The notes below the pieces were generated by a model. That model was given only the letters and a program-made list of their open reading frames with translations, had not been told where the DNA came from and searched no databases. Below are positions 37,544 to 47,654 of a stretch of DNA of 64,000 nt, in pieces. Position 1 is the first letter of the stretch; every line of letters begins with the position of its first letter. A program made the translations under genes and the position numbers. Source of the DNA: Nannocystales bacterium (GTDB taxonomy: Bacteria > Myxococcota_A > Polyangia > Nannocystales > Nannocystaceae); NCBI GenBank assembly GCA_050633305.1, contig JBOEGF010000010.1, positions 544,001-608,000 of the forward strand. Direction: 5' to 3'.

Positions 37544-39385
37544 ATGCCACGCGTCATCGATGGTCGAGCGCCAGTCCTGTCCGTCCCCCATGGCCCCCTC
37601 TACGCCGAGCAGAGCACGTCCCCGATTCTCGGTTCCACTCGACCCGTACCCCTACTCGTAAGCTTGCTCCTGCTTGCTGGCTGTCCGTCCGCCTCCTCCT
37701 CCTCTGGGGGTACGAATGCGTCAGGAAGCACAGGTGTGTCTGGAAACACGGATGCGTCAGGGGACACAGACGCGTCTGGAAGTACGGGCCCCTCAGGAAG
37801 CACGGGCCTTTCGGGAGGTACGGAACCCTCGGAAAGCACGGATACGTCAGGAGGCGCAGAATGCGAATCCGGCTACTATCAGTTTGAGGACGTTTGTCTG
37901 CTCGAAGTTCCGGGAGAAACGTACTTCGTATCCTTGGATGGAGACAACAGCAACGTCGGCAGCTTTGAGGCGCCTTTCTACTCGTGGCAAAGGGGGGTCG
38001 AGGCCGCTCGTCCCGGAGATATCGTCTACATTCGCGGTGGTGTTTGGGAGCCGGCCGAGCGTGTCGGACGCGTCTTCGGCATGGGGCTCCTCGCCGAGAA
38101 TACCGGAACCGAGGACGCGCCTATTCGCTACTTCAACTACCCAGGTGAGGTCCCCATCCTTGACGGCAGTCTCATGGAACCGGACGAGTACCAATGGAAT
38201 GCTGGCGTGAGCATGGACAATGTCGAGTACATCCACCTTCGGGGGTTGACGGTCAGGGAAATCCACCAGAGTCCACCGGACTTCGAGCACGAGAAGCCGT
38301 ACTCGGAGGCCTACGGCATCGGATGTACGAACTGCGCCAATATGCGGTATGAGAACATGACCGTGCATGATATCGATGGGCGGGCCTTTCAGCACTGGAG
38401 TGGCGCATGGACTGAACTCGATGCGCAGGCCTCCTATGACCGATGCGTGGAGGATCAGGGCGGTGATGAAAGCAATTGCACGTATCCAACCCCGATCTAC
38501 GAAAGCGACGAATCCTCCTGGGTCAACTGCGATGCGTACAACTTGTTTGATCGGCACTCCACAGCGCCGGGGAACGCTGCGGATGGCTGGAAAGTAGCCA
38601 CGTATCACGGCAGCACCTTCACCTGGGAAGGTTGTCGCGCTTGGAACTACAGCGACGATGGGTTTGACCCTCACGGCTCCGGAATGCGGATCTTCGATTC
38701 GTGCTGGGCCATGTCCACGGACAAATACGCGGATGAGTCCGGCGACTGGGACGTCGAAGGGAATGGCTTCAAAATTACCGCGGTCAATCGCTCTGGAATC
38801 GAGGGCTATGAACTAGGCGCGGAGGTCGGCGTCGTCGTTCGAAACTCCATTGCCGCTGGCAATCTGGGCGTTGGGGTCTACAATAATATCCTGGCTGATT
38901 TCGACGACCTTTGGCCCAATGGTGGGCTGCTTCATAACAATTTTGCCTTTCAGAACTACCACGGTCACTCGGATAGTACGACGTCCGTTTACCGGAATAA
39001 TGTTGCTTATAGCAGCGTCGCTGTTGGGCCTATTGGGGAGGTCTACAATATCGCCATTTCGAACTCTGAGTACACTGAGAGCCACAATAGCTGGGTGAAG
39101 CAAGATGACGGAGGTTGGCCATGGGCGATCGATAACCCGGACTTCGGCATCGAGGAGGAAGACTATTTGAGTCTCGACATGTCCGAGCTCACGCTTCCGC
39201 GACAAGCCGATCACAGTCTTCCTGACATCTCTTTCGCTCACCTTGCGGAAGGATCGGACCTCATCGACGGTGGCGTCGTGATCCCTGGCTACCACTGCGA
39301 AACGTCGGGCGAGAAGTCGGATGGCGCCTGTGTCGAGTGGTACGGCGCTGCCCCGGACTTGGGGCCATTCGAAAGCAACTACTAG
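37544..39385 (+). CDS. Right-handed beta-helix polysaccharide lyase family 9-like lipoprotein
   Basis: LLLAGC lipobox; YFVSLDGDNSNVGSFEAP, PGDIVYIRGG, GNAADGWK, CRAWNYSDDGFD, GNGFK and APDLGPFE. Confidence 0.82.
   Translation: MPRVIDGRAPVLSVPHGPLYAEQSTSPILGSTRPVPLLVSLLLLAGCPSASSSSGGTNASGSTGVSGNTDASGDTDASGSTGPSGSTGLSGGTEPSESTDTSGGAECESGYYQFEDVCLLEVPGETYFVSLDGDNSNVGSFEAPFYSWQRGVEAARPGDIVYIRGGVWEPAERVGRVFGMGLLAENTGTEDAPIRYFNYPGEVPILDGSLMEPDEYQWNAGVSMDNVEYIHLRGLTVREIHQSPPDFEHEKPYSEAYGIGCTNCANMRYENMTVHDIDGRAFQHWSGAWTELDAQASYDRCVEDQGGDESNCTYPTPIYESDESSWVNCDAYNLFDRHSTAPGNAADGWKVATYHGSTFTWEGCRAWNYSDDGFDPHGSGMRIFDSCWAMSTDKYADESGDWDVEGNGFKITAVNRSGIEGYELGAEVGVVVRNSIAAGNLGVGVYNNILADFDDLWPNGGLLHNNFAFQNYHGHSDSTTSVYRNNVAYSSVAVGPIGEVYNIAISNSEYTESHNSWVKQDDGGWPWAIDNPDFGIEEEDYLSLDMSELTLPRQADHSLPDISFAHLAEGSDLIDGGVVIPGYHCETSGEKSDGACVEWYGAAPDLGPFESNY
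37703..37855 (+). repeat. Degenerate 18-bp coding tandem repeat (xSGxTx hexapeptides)
   Basis: Translates ASGSTG VSGNTD ASGDTD ASGSTG PSGSTG LSGGTE PSESTD TSGG in the linker of the PL9-like protein. Confidence 0.7.
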
Positions 39386-39458
39386 ACGTCCTGTGGTCCC
39401 GCGAACGCGTCGTCAGCCACGAACGGGTTTCGCGGAGGCTGGTCCCCGCCGTACGGCG

Positions 39459-40478
39459 TCACGTCCGGGCGAAGTTCGCCACCATCCAATGCGGATACAG
39501 GTTCGGCGGTGCGGTGAGCTCGGCGAGGGCGTCGAGTTCATCTTGTGACCACTCAAGCTCCACCGCGCCGAGGTTGTCCTCGAGTTGCTCGACCCGTTTG
39601 GCGCCCACGAGCACCGAGGTGATGCCCCGCTGCTGCAATACCCATGAAAGGGCCAATCGCGGGATGGTGGAGTCCTTGGCCTTGGCGAGCTCGTCCAGCT
39701 TCTCGATCAAGTCGTAGCCTCTCTCCTTGTCCACGGGCGGGAAGTCGAACGTGGTCCGACGGGATCCTTCAGGGTCCTCTTGGCCACGACGATACTTGCC
39801 CGTGATGAAGCCACCGGCCAGCGGTGACCAGACCATGATGCCGAGGCCCTGGTCTTCGCACATCGGCACGAGGTCGAGTTCGAGCTCACGGCCCAGCAGC
39901 GAGTAGTAGGCCTGCAGGGACACGAAGCGGGTGCCGGCCGCGGCAAGGCTGTTTGCCTTGACCACTTGCCAGCTGGCGAGGTTGGAACACCCGATGTAGC
40001 GAACCTTGCCTTGTTGGACGAGGTCTTCGAGTGCCCGCATGGTCTCCTCCATCGGCGTGCGATCATCGGGACCGTGGATCTGGTAGAGGTCGATGTGGTC
40101 GGTACCGAGGCGGCGAAGACTCGCTTCGCAGCCGGCGATGATGTGCTTGCGAGACAGACCCACGTTGTTCATGTCGCCCGCTCCACCGCCGGCCGCGTCG
40201 CTCATCGGTCCGCGAACTTTCGTGGCGAGGACGACTGCGTCGCGGTCGATGCCGAGCTCCTTCAGCGCTCCGCCGAGGAGGGTCTCGGATTGGCCGTAGC
40301 TGTAGATGTCGGCGGTGTCGAAGAAGTTGATGCCCCCGTCGAGGGCTCGCTTCACCAGCGCTGTGGCGCCGTCCTGCTCGACTTGACCAATGCCATAGAA
40401 CCCCTGACCGAAGGTCATGCACCCAAGGCAGAGCTCTGAGACGCGTAGACCGGTGTTTCCCAAGAATCGATACTTCAT
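39459..40478 (-). CDS. Aldo/keto reductase
   Basis: LGNTGLRVSELCLGCMTFG, FFDTADIY, LATKV, SLRRLGTDHIDLYQIH, GKVRYIGCSN and WSPLAGG. Confidence 0.96.
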   Translation of the reverse strand: MKYRFLGNTGLRVSELCLGCMTFGQGFYGIGQVEQDGATALVKRALDGGINFFDTADIYSYGQSETLLGGALKELGIDRDAVVLATKVRGPMSDAAGGGAGDMNNVGLSRKHIIAGCEASLRRLGTDHIDLYQIHGPDDRTPMEETMRALEDLVQQGKVRYIGCSNLASWQVVKANSLAAAGTRFVSLQAYYSLLGRELELDLVPMCEDQGLGIMVWSPLAGGFITGKYRRGQEDPEGSRRTTFDFPPVDKERGYDLIEKLDELAKAKDSTIPRLALSWVLQQRGITSVLVGAKRVEQLEDNLGAVELEWSQDELDALAELTAPPNLYPHWMVANFART

Positions 40479-40628
40479 GCTGTTTGTCCCTCGCGACTGC
40501 GGCGTGCTCCTACCCTAGGCGCCGCGGTGCGTGGCGGCCACGCTCGATCCTGGCGACGGTTTGCCTATTCCTGTCACCGGACACACACCAGGTGGCCAAT
40601 CGCCTCGAAAACTGGTCAAATCCTGGCG

Positions 40629-41540
40629 ATGGCGACGCCTGGCATCGTCGAGTTGTTGTTGGCCAACACGCCGAAAGAGGGGACCAACACGACGTATTGG
40701 CCCGGTCTGAAGCTGTTCCGCAGCGCCAAGCCCATGGCCCGGACTTCGATGGTCTACGACGCCAGCGTCTGCTTCGTGGCGCAGGGATCCAAGTGCGTTC
40801 ACGTGGGGACCGAGACGTATCGATACGACCCCATGAACTACTTGGTGGTCTCGCTCCCGCTCCCTGTCGAGGCCGAAATCTTGCAGGCGACACCCGACGA
40901 ACCACTCCTCGCGCTGGTCCTGCAAGTCGACGTCGCCGAGGTCGGGCAACTGTTGCTCGAGATGGATGAGGCCCACCCCGGGGGTGCCAGACCGGCCCAG
41001 CCCGGTCTCTACGTCTCGCCGGTCGACGATGAACTGGCAGACGCCATCGCCCGAATGACCGCGAACTCCACGGACCGCACACGCGCACGCGTCCTTGGGC
41101 CCGGAGCGATGCGGGAGGTCCTGTTTCACTTGCTGCGAGGGGAGCAGGGCGACCAACTCCGTCAGCTCGCCCTGAACGCCGGCGCGGGTCGTGGGGTGGC
41201 TCGGGTCGTCCGTCACCTCCAGCAACACTTCGACCGGCCGACGGATGTCGACGGCCTCGCGCGTATGGTCGGCATGAGCACCTCGACCTTGCACCGCAGC
41301 TTCAAGGAGGTCACGGCATTGACACCGATTCAGTACCTCAAGACCGTTCGACTGCACCGTGCGCGTGTCCTGATGTTGAGCGACGGTCTCAGCGCAGGCG
41401 AGGCCGCGTTCCAGGTCGGATACCAGAGTCAGTCGCAGTTCAGCCGCGAGTTCAAACGGCTGTTCGGGACAACGCCAAAGCAGGCGTTGATGGAGGTCGA
41501 GGTCCTCTCGTCAACACGGGCGGGTCCGGGCACCGCTTGA
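40629..41540 (+). CDS. AraC family transcriptional regulator (AraC_N type), divergent from the AKR gene
   Basis: VCFVAQGSK, YLVVSLPLPV N-domain; LARMVGMSTSTLHRSFK..TPIQYLK and VGYQSQSQFSREFKRLFG. Confidence 0.93.
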   Translation: MATPGIVELLLANTPKEGTNTTYWPGLKLFRSAKPMARTSMVYDASVCFVAQGSKCVHVGTETYRYDPMNYLVVSLPLPVEAEILQATPDEPLLALVLQVDVAEVGQLLLEMDEAHPGGARPAQPGLYVSPVDDELADAIARMTANSTDRTRARVLGPGAMREVLFHLLRGEQGDQLRQLALNAGAGRGVARVVRHLQQHFDRPTDVDGLARMVGMSTSTLHRSFKEVTALTPIQYLKTVRLHRARVLMLSDGLSAGEAAFQVGYQSQSQFSREFKRLFGTTPKQALMEVEVLSSTRAGPGTA

Positions 41541-41657
41541 TGGTGGTGCATCGTGGCGCGAACGCGTGGCTGCCTCGTAGGACGGGAGGCAGAAGGACGC
41601 CGCGGGCGAGTTGTTCAAACGGGCGTCGGCGCTCGCATCGTGCAAGCGGCGGACGGT

Positions 41658-43661
41658 TCAGCGAGCTGCCGCCGGCTCGGGCGGAGTAGGCTTGGGCGCG
41701 GCGTTCTCAGCTTCGGCTTGCTCGTGGGTCAGAAGGCGAAGGCGGCCCATGCGGTACGTACCGCTGCCGTCGACGGGCAGGATGCGGAGCTCGTCATAGC
41801 CGGCAGCAGCGATCTCAGAGGGGATGTGTACGCGATGCCGCACCATGCGTGTGCTGGCTTGCTCGGTCTTCTGACCAACTTCGCGGTGGTGCACCTGTAC
41901 GTCCTGTCGGTAAAGCTCGATTGCATACACGTCGTCGCGTTCGAGCCGAACGCTGAGCACCTCTTCGTGGTGCGTCTCGCCCAGCACGATGGTGACACCA
42001 TGGTTCCGCAGCGATGTGGAAAGCGCGCCCGGGACCGAGACCTGTTCGTAGGTTCGCTCCGCGCTGAGGTAGGCGTCGAGGAGGTGCTGGTTTGCCCCGG
42101 TGTGCATACGCCAGATGGCCTCCCAGCGCTCGGACGACCAGATGGGGCCGCTCACGATCAGCGAGAGATCGTCCCAATACTTGGCCAGATCGGGGTCTTC
42201 GATCTCTCCGCGCATCACCGCGGCCTCCGCATAGCCGGAAGGCGGATGGCGCCGGAAGTGCCCCGGTAGGACGAAGCCGATCCGCCCGGGGAGGCGAGCC
42301 AGCAGAGGATCGGTGATCGCGTACGGGTTGATGTAGTGCACCTGCGGCCCTGCGGCGTAGCCCATGTACCCGCCGTTGCCATTGACGATTGCGAGGGTCT
42401 CGCCCTTCGCCTCGGCATCCTCGCGGTGCTGGGCCCCTTCCTTGTACCAAGGAGCTTCGAGGAGGAAGGGGCTCTCGCGGTCACTGATGAGGCCGGCGAA
42501 CTCGTGACGATAACCGCGCTCGTCGTCGATGAGCGTATCGGTGTGGAGTCGCTTCTCGCTGTAGTCACTGCCGCTTAGGACGGTCGGGTTGGGCGCCACG
42601 AAGGCCAGCACGGTCGTGACCACGCTTCCGACGATGAGGGGCGGCCTGGGCAGACTCGCTCGGTTGGCGAGCAAGCCTGCGGCCACGACCAAGGGGGCGC
42701 TAAAGAAACGCCCGCTCATGTAGTCGCCTCCGATCTTGAACACGTAGCCTACGTAGAGCAGCGCTCCGAAGGCAGCGACCGCGTGCTTGGGTTGTTCACG
42801 GAAACGCCGGAGAGCCACCAGCACGATGAGGAAGGTGCAGACCAGGGTGACGGGGTCCCACTCCAGCGAGTTCCTGAAATAGCGCGTCCCTTGGGTGACG
42901 ATGAAATCGCTTGTGGCCCCCGAACCCAGCTTTGCGTAGGCGGTGTTCGGGACCAAGAAGCCGTAGTAGATGAGTGAGACGAATTCCCAGATGAGCAACG
43001 GGAAGAAGCCCCAGAAGATCGCGAAGACCCGCCGGATTGTGAATCGAGGAGGCCACAGCCAGTAGAGGAGGGCAGGGGCCAGCACCAGGCCGAGGTCCAA
43101 GCGGTTGCAGACCAGGCCGCCGCCGACGAGGCTGGTGAGGAAGATCCTGCGATCCGCGACGTTGGGGGCAGGGTCCTCGTCGGCCCAAAACCCGGCGAAG
43201 AACATCAGGAGGAGGAAGTGAGAGAGGGGGTTCTCGAGTCCGCTGGTCGAGTAGTCCACAAAGGCTTTGGAGGCGATCAAAATGCCCAACGCCATCGCCG
43301 TGCCCTGCCACGAGCGATTCAGCTTACAAACCAGCAGATAGACGGTGAGGCCCGTGAAGATGAAGCAGAGGCCGAACGCCGACGCCGCCATGTGGCGGGT
43401 GATGAAGAACGAGAGGCTCATCAGTCCGAACCACAGCGGGTGGGTGTAGACCTGGACGCGCTCGTTGACGTTCCAGCGTGCGCCATAGCCGTAGACCCAG
43501 TTCTCGACGCTGCGGAAGGTGAAGTAGGCGTCCTCGCTCAACCACGCCGTGCGCAACAGGACGACGACGAAGAGGACGATGAGACCCCCGAGGATCCATG
43601 CGGCACGCCTCGGGCGCGGGGAGTCGGGCTTGGGGGACTCCGGGGCTTCGGTCGGCATCAC
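41658..43661 (-). CDS. GT-C fold membrane glycosyltransferase (AftB-like arabinofuranosyltransferase-related)
   Basis: AWLSEDAYFTFR, WNVNERVQVYTHPLW, TSGLENPL, YYG.LVPNTAYAK, GGDYMSGRF, TDPLLARLP and GHFRR. Confidence 0.82.
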   Translation of the reverse strand: MMPTEAPESPKPDSPRPRRAAWILGGLIVLFVVVLLRTAWLSEDAYFTFRSVENWVYGYGARWNVNERVQVYTHPLWFGLMSLSFFITRHMAASAFGLCFIFTGLTVYLLVCKLNRSWQGTAMALGILIASKAFVDYSTSGLENPLSHFLLLMFFAGFWADEDPAPNVADRRIFLTSLVGGGLVCNRLDLGLVLAPALLYWLWPPRFTIRRVFAIFWGFFPLLIWEFVSLIYYGFLVPNTAYAKLGSGATSDFIVTQGTRYFRNSLEWDPVTLVCTFLIVLVALRRFREQPKHAVAAFGALLYVGYVFKIGGDYMSGRFFSAPLVVAAGLLANRASLPRPPLIVGSVVTTVLAFVAPNPTVLSGSDYSEKRLHTDTLIDDERGYRHEFAGLISDRESPFLLEAPWYKEGAQHREDAEAKGETLAIVNGNGGYMGYAAGPQVHYINPYAITDPLLARLPGRIGFVLPGHFRRHPPSGYAEAAVMRGEIEDPDLAKYWDDLSLIVSGPIWSSERWEAIWRMHTGANQHLLDAYLSAERTYEQVSVPGALSTSLRNHGVTIVLGETHHEEVLSVRLERDDVYAIELYRQDVQVHHREVGQKTEQASTRMVRHRVHIPSEIAAAGYDELRILPVDGSGTYRMGRLRLLTHEQAEAENAAPKPTPPEPAAAR

Positions 43662-44252
43662 GGGCGTGCTCCACGAGGATAGCGGTGTGGCGCTCTCAGG
43701 TCAGTCGGGGAAGAGTCTAGCCTGGGCTATGTCGGCCCAGACGAAGGCGCAGGACACCACAGTCCTGTGATTGGGGTTGTAGGCCGCCGCGCATACGTGG
43801 GGGAGGTTGGGTCGCTGCACGCTCTTGCCCCCTGTCTCGGGGCTGAGCCGACGGGGCAGTGCGGAGGCGCCGCTTCTTGCGGCTCCCGGGTCGAGTTGAT
43901 CCACCGTGCACCGGAGCACCCCGATGGAGACATCGATCGCGCTGTCACAATGAAACCCAGCCGCGAGTCACGTCTCGGCATGGGACGGGGCGGAGTGCCT
44001 GCCGTTGCCCACCCTCTGCGGTGAGTTCGGCCGTCTGCTCGGGACCCCGGCTTTCTCCAGATTCGTCGTGCCGTTCGCGCCCACTCGACGAGCTCGAGCG
44101 GGGATGTTGGACCTGGCTTAGGCGGCCAGCCGGACCGCGTCGAGTATGCATTCAATCGTGTGGTCGAGACGGAACATTACCTATAGCGATTGCAGTAGAC
44201 TCCGCGCCGGGAACAGCGAATATTCGCGCTCCCTGCACCAGAAGAACACATC

Positions 44253-44471
44253 ATGAGCAAGAAAAAGCTGAAAGAACTGTTCATTGAGGATCTCGGCGAA
44301 GTCACCGGTGGCAAGGGCGGCATCCACACAACGCTCGCTGTGGGCGAAGAAGGCCCCTACCCCACGACGCTCGCTGTCGGCGAAGAAGACATCCTGACCA
44401 CGATGGCACTTGGCGAAGAACACGCGACCACCCTCGCGCTTGGCGAAGAAGGCGACTTCCCCAGCCTGTAG
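44253..44471 (+). CDS. psnA: Plesiocin-type graspetide (omega-ester peptide) precursor with four TTxxxxEE cores
   Basis: Leader LFIEDLGEVTGG; cores TTLAVGEE, TTLAVGEE, TTMALGEE and TTLALGEE; ATP-grasp ligase and PCAT genes nearby. Confidence 0.93.
   Translation: MSKKKLKELFIEDLGEVTGGKGGIHTTLAVGEEGPYPTTLAVGEEDILTTMALGEEHATTLALGEEGDFPSL
44328..44450 (+). repeat. Four 24-bp core repeats within the graspetide precursor
   Basis: Units at 44328-44351, 44364-44387, 44397-44420 and 44427-44450, each ending GGCGAAGAA. Confidence 0.9.
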
Positions 44472-44514
44472 CGGTTGGCGTTGGTGGCCGTGATGACGTC
44501 CTCCAACGCTCGCA

Positions 44515-44553
44515 AGAGGGCGGGCGAAGGCGTTGGCTTTCGCCCGCCTTCTC
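44515..44553. terminator. Stem-loop, probable bidirectional terminator between convergent genes
   Basis: GGCGGGCGAAGGC-GTTG-GCTTTCGCCCGCC: 13-bp stem with one G:U pair, between the precursor stop (44471) and the MFP stop (44557). Confidence 0.7.
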
Positions 44554-44556
44554 GTA

Positions 44557-45453
44557 TCAGCTTCGCGGCATTGCGAAGCGAACCTCGGCGACCGTCCCGA
44601 CGCGTAGCAGGTCTCGTTGAGTGTCGTCGAGCTTCAGACGGGCCTCTGCAAAGATCAGTCGGGTCCCCGCGTCGATCTCCGGTGCGACGGTCGTGACCGC
44701 AGTTGTCATATCGACATCCTCCGCCACGAAGCGAACCGTGACGACGGCACCCAGGACGAGCCCTGCGCTGTGCGCTTCGGGTACGGCGAAACGTATCAAG
44801 CGAGTATCAGAGATGATCTGGACGACGGGTTCCCCCGTGCCCAGAGTCGCTCCAGGGTCAGCATATCGGCGCGCCACCGTTCCGCTGAACGGCGCGCGGA
44901 GCTCGGCTTCGGCGATCCTTGCAGAGGCCTCGTCCATCTTGCTGCGCTGCTGACGAAGCGAGGCTCCGGCGCTGCGTTTCCTTGCGCTGGCGAGCTTCTC
45001 AGCGAACTGTCTCTCCCGAACCTCAGCCTTGGAAATGAACTTCTGGATCTGCTCGACGTCGGAGCGCGACGCCTCGGCTTGCTCGAGTTCCAGCGCAAGA
45101 CGGTCGAGGCTGGCCTTCGAGGCCCTCCACGCCGCAGTGGCAGCGACCAGCTCGCTCTTGTCGCCTCGCACGTCCATCTGCGCGATGAGGTCACCTTCGG
45201 CGACATGATCGCCGACTTGCAGATCGAGCCGCTGAAGCTTTGCGAAGCCAGAGGCAACCAAGACGACCTCCAACTCGGGGACCAGGACGCCCACCATCGG
45301 GCCGGACTCGGTCGCTTGCTCAACGGACTTCGTCGCCTCCTCCTGTGCGCTGGTGTCCTCGACGACGGGCGAGGTCGCCGCGGGGCTGCAGGCCGCCAGG
45401 GACATGGCGACAACGAGGCCGCATCGCAAGCTGGAGCCCATCCCCGCAGTCAT
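44557..45453 (-). CDS. Efflux periplasmic adaptor (MFP) lipoprotein, copy 1
   Basis: SLAAC lipobox; VGDHVAEGDLIA lipoyl half-motif; coiled coil; LRAPFSGTV; APEIDAGTR. ATGA overlap with PCAT 1. Confidence 0.88.
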   Translation of the reverse strand: MTAGMGSSLRCGLVVAMSLAACSPAATSPVVEDTSAQEEATKSVEQATESGPMVGVLVPELEVVLVASGFAKLQRLDLQVGDHVAEGDLIAQMDVRGDKSELVAATAAWRASKASLDRLALELEQAEASRSDVEQIQKFISKAEVRERQFAEKLASARKRSAGASLRQQRSKMDEASARIAEAELRAPFSGTVARRYADPGATLGTGEPVVQIISDTRLIRFAVPEAHSAGLVLGAVVTVRFVAEDVDMTTAVTTVAPEIDAGTRLIFAEARLKLDDTQRDLLRVGTVAEVRFAMPRS

Positions 45454-47654
45454 TGCGACTGCCTTTCGTACAGCTGGCGGTACACACTCGCTCCATCGAG
45501 CAGCTCGTGATGGGTCCCAGACTCGACGACCCGCCCCTTGTCCATCACGATGATCAGGTCGGCATCCACGACCGTGCTCAGCCTGTGGGCGATCACGATC
45601 CGCGTGCACTGCAGGCTTGCCAGTGAGCCTTGAATCGCGGCTTCCGTCACGCTGTCGAGGTTGCTCGTCGCTTCGTCGAGCAGAAGGATTGCGGGGTTGC
45701 CCGCGAGCGCACGTGCCAGGGCCAAGCGTTGTCGCTGTCCCCCGGAAAGGGATGCCGCTCCATCGGCGAGGATCGTCTCGTACCCCATCGGTAGAGCGTT
45801 GATCTCCTGATGGATGGCCGCCCGCATCGCCGCTTGGGCGACCTCGTCCATCGTCATCTCCGGGTTGCTCATCGCGATGTTGTCACGGACCGACATTCCG
45901 AAGAGTTCGCCCTGCTGTGTGACCACGCCCAGCTGCTCTCGCACGCTGCGAAGATCCAATGTGGACAGGTCGAGGCCGTCGTACATCACCCGGCCTTGCT
46001 GTGGTTGGTACAGACCGACCAGAAGCTTGGCCACCGTGCTCTTTCCCGCGCCCGAGGGCCCGACGATCGCGACGAACTGCCCGGGCTCGATCGTGACGGT
46101 GAGGTCTTGTACGGCGGGTGGTGTGGCCTCCGAGTAGCGGAACGTGGCTGCTACGGCTTGAATCTGCCCTGAGAGTCGCGGTGCGCGCTGGACCGCGCTC
46201 GCGTCCTGTTCAGGCTCCGTCTGCATCACGTCTTCAATGCGTTCGAGGTAGCTTCCGAGCACCTGGAACTGGAGGCTGACACCGACCATTGCGGATAGCG
46301 GGCCCAAGAAGCCTGCTCCCAGGGCTGAGAGTCCGAGCATAGCGCCCAGGGAAAGGGTGCCGTTGAGGACCAGGTTCGTGCCCACCGCGAGGATGACCAA
46401 CGGGGCCGCCATGCTGAAGGCGCCAAGCAACGAGGACACGAGCGCGTCGAGTTTTCCGCGACGCAACGAAACGTTGAGCGCATCGACGAAGAGGTTTGAC
46501 CACCGATCGACGGCCCGATACTCGGCGCCCATGGACTTGAGGCTCTCAATCCCTGTGAGCATCTCGACCTCGTAGCTGGACGTCTTGGCCTGCACGGCGA
46601 GGCTCTGTGTCATCAGATCTCGCTGCACGCGGCGCGTGGCCCAGTATAGCGACAGCTGGGCAGCGCCGAGAAGCAGGACGACCGCTCCCATCAACGGGCT
46701 CGCCCAGAAAATGAGCACCAGGTACAGGCTGACGAGCGACCCATCGAGCAACGCAGACATCGCACCTGAGGTGAGGATCTCCCGAACGGTCGCGTTGCTC
46801 CCCAGCCGCATGATCAGGTCGCCCGCAGAGCGGCGCTGGAAGAACGCGTAGGGAAGATCGATGAGGTGGTCGAGGAACCCAACCGTCATCTTCGCATCGA
46901 GCAACGTGCGCAGCTGCAGCAGCAGGTTGGCGCGGACGAGCGCGCTGATGAAGTTGAAGACCACCATCATGCTCAGGCCGGCCCCAAGCACGAGCAACAG
47001 GTCGACGTCGCGCCGTGGAATGATGCGATCGACCAGCAGAGTGGTCATCAGCGGCAGGCCCAGCGCGAGCAGCTGGACCAACACGGACATGACCAGCGAG
47101 CGGCTCCACAACTCGGGGTATGTGAGGACCTGTGCCATGTAGCGGCGGATCAGCGGGCGGCGACGAGATTCGGGCTCGAACGCCTCGCTGGGCTCCAGGA
47201 GGATGGCGACCCCCGTGAATGCTTCGTTGAACTCGGCCGCAGACACCCGTCGGCGTCCATGCGCGGGGTCCACGATGACGATCCCCCGCTTGTCGACCCG
47301 GTCGAAGACGACGAAGTGGTTGAACTCCCAATGGAGGATCGCGCCCGACGGGACAACATCGAGGTCTTCGACGTCTTCGACCTGAACGCCACGCCCGCGC
47401 AGGCCGTAGCTGCGGGAGGCGCGAATGATGCCCAGCGCGCTGACCCCGTTTTGGTCTGCACCCAGAGCGTCTCGTAGCTCGTCCAGGCCGGTCTCGTGGC
47501 CGTAGTAGCGCAGGACGATACTCAGACACGCAGCGCCGCAGTCCGCGGCCGTCATCTGCTGCACATGTTCCAGCTTGCGGCGGCGACCCAACATGCCCAG
47601 CCGCTGCAACGCCGGGAAACGACGCTTCAATGCGTGGTCGTGGTCGGTGCTCAT
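45450..47654 (-). CDS. Peptidase C39-containing ABC transporter (PCAT), copy 1
   Basis: QQMTAADCGAACL, HWEFNHFVV, DPAHG; TM domain; GPSGAGKST, LSGGQRQR, LLLDEATS and IAHRLST. Confidence 0.96.
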   Translation of the reverse strand: MSTDHDHALKRRFPALQRLGMLGRRRKLEHVQQMTAADCGAACLSIVLRYYGHETGLDELRDALGADQNGVSALGIIRASRSYGLRGRGVQVEDVEDLDVVPSGAILHWEFNHFVVFDRVDKRGIVIVDPAHGRRRVSAAEFNEAFTGVAILLEPSEAFEPESRRRPLIRRYMAQVLTYPELWSRSLVMSVLVQLLALGLPLMTTLLVDRIIPRRDVDLLLVLGAGLSMMVVFNFISALVRANLLLQLRTLLDAKMTVGFLDHLIDLPYAFFQRRSAGDLIMRLGSNATVREILTSGAMSALLDGSLVSLYLVLIFWASPLMGAVVLLLGAAQLSLYWATRRVQRDLMTQSLAVQAKTSSYEVEMLTGIESLKSMGAEYRAVDRWSNLFVDALNVSLRRGKLDALVSSLLGAFSMAAPLVILAVGTNLVLNGTLSLGAMLGLSALGAGFLGPLSAMVGVSLQFQVLGSYLERIEDVMQTEPEQDASAVQRAPRLSGQIQAVAATFRYSEATPPAVQDLTVTIEPGQFVAIVGPSGAGKSTVAKLLVGLYQPQQGRVMYDGLDLSTLDLRSVREQLGVVTQQGELFGMSVRDNIAMSNPEMTMDEVAQAAMRAAIHQEINALPMGYETILADGAASLSGGQRQRLALARALAGNPAILLLDEATSNLDSVTEAAIQGSLASLQCTRIVIAHRLSTVVDADLIIVMDKGRVVESGTHHELLDGASVYRQLYERQSQ

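Noticed and set aside
44328..44450. 24-bp repeats with short variable spacers as a mini-CRISPR
   Set aside because: Spacers are only 6-12 bp, and the variation is mostly synonymous or conservative and in frame. These are peptide core repeats.
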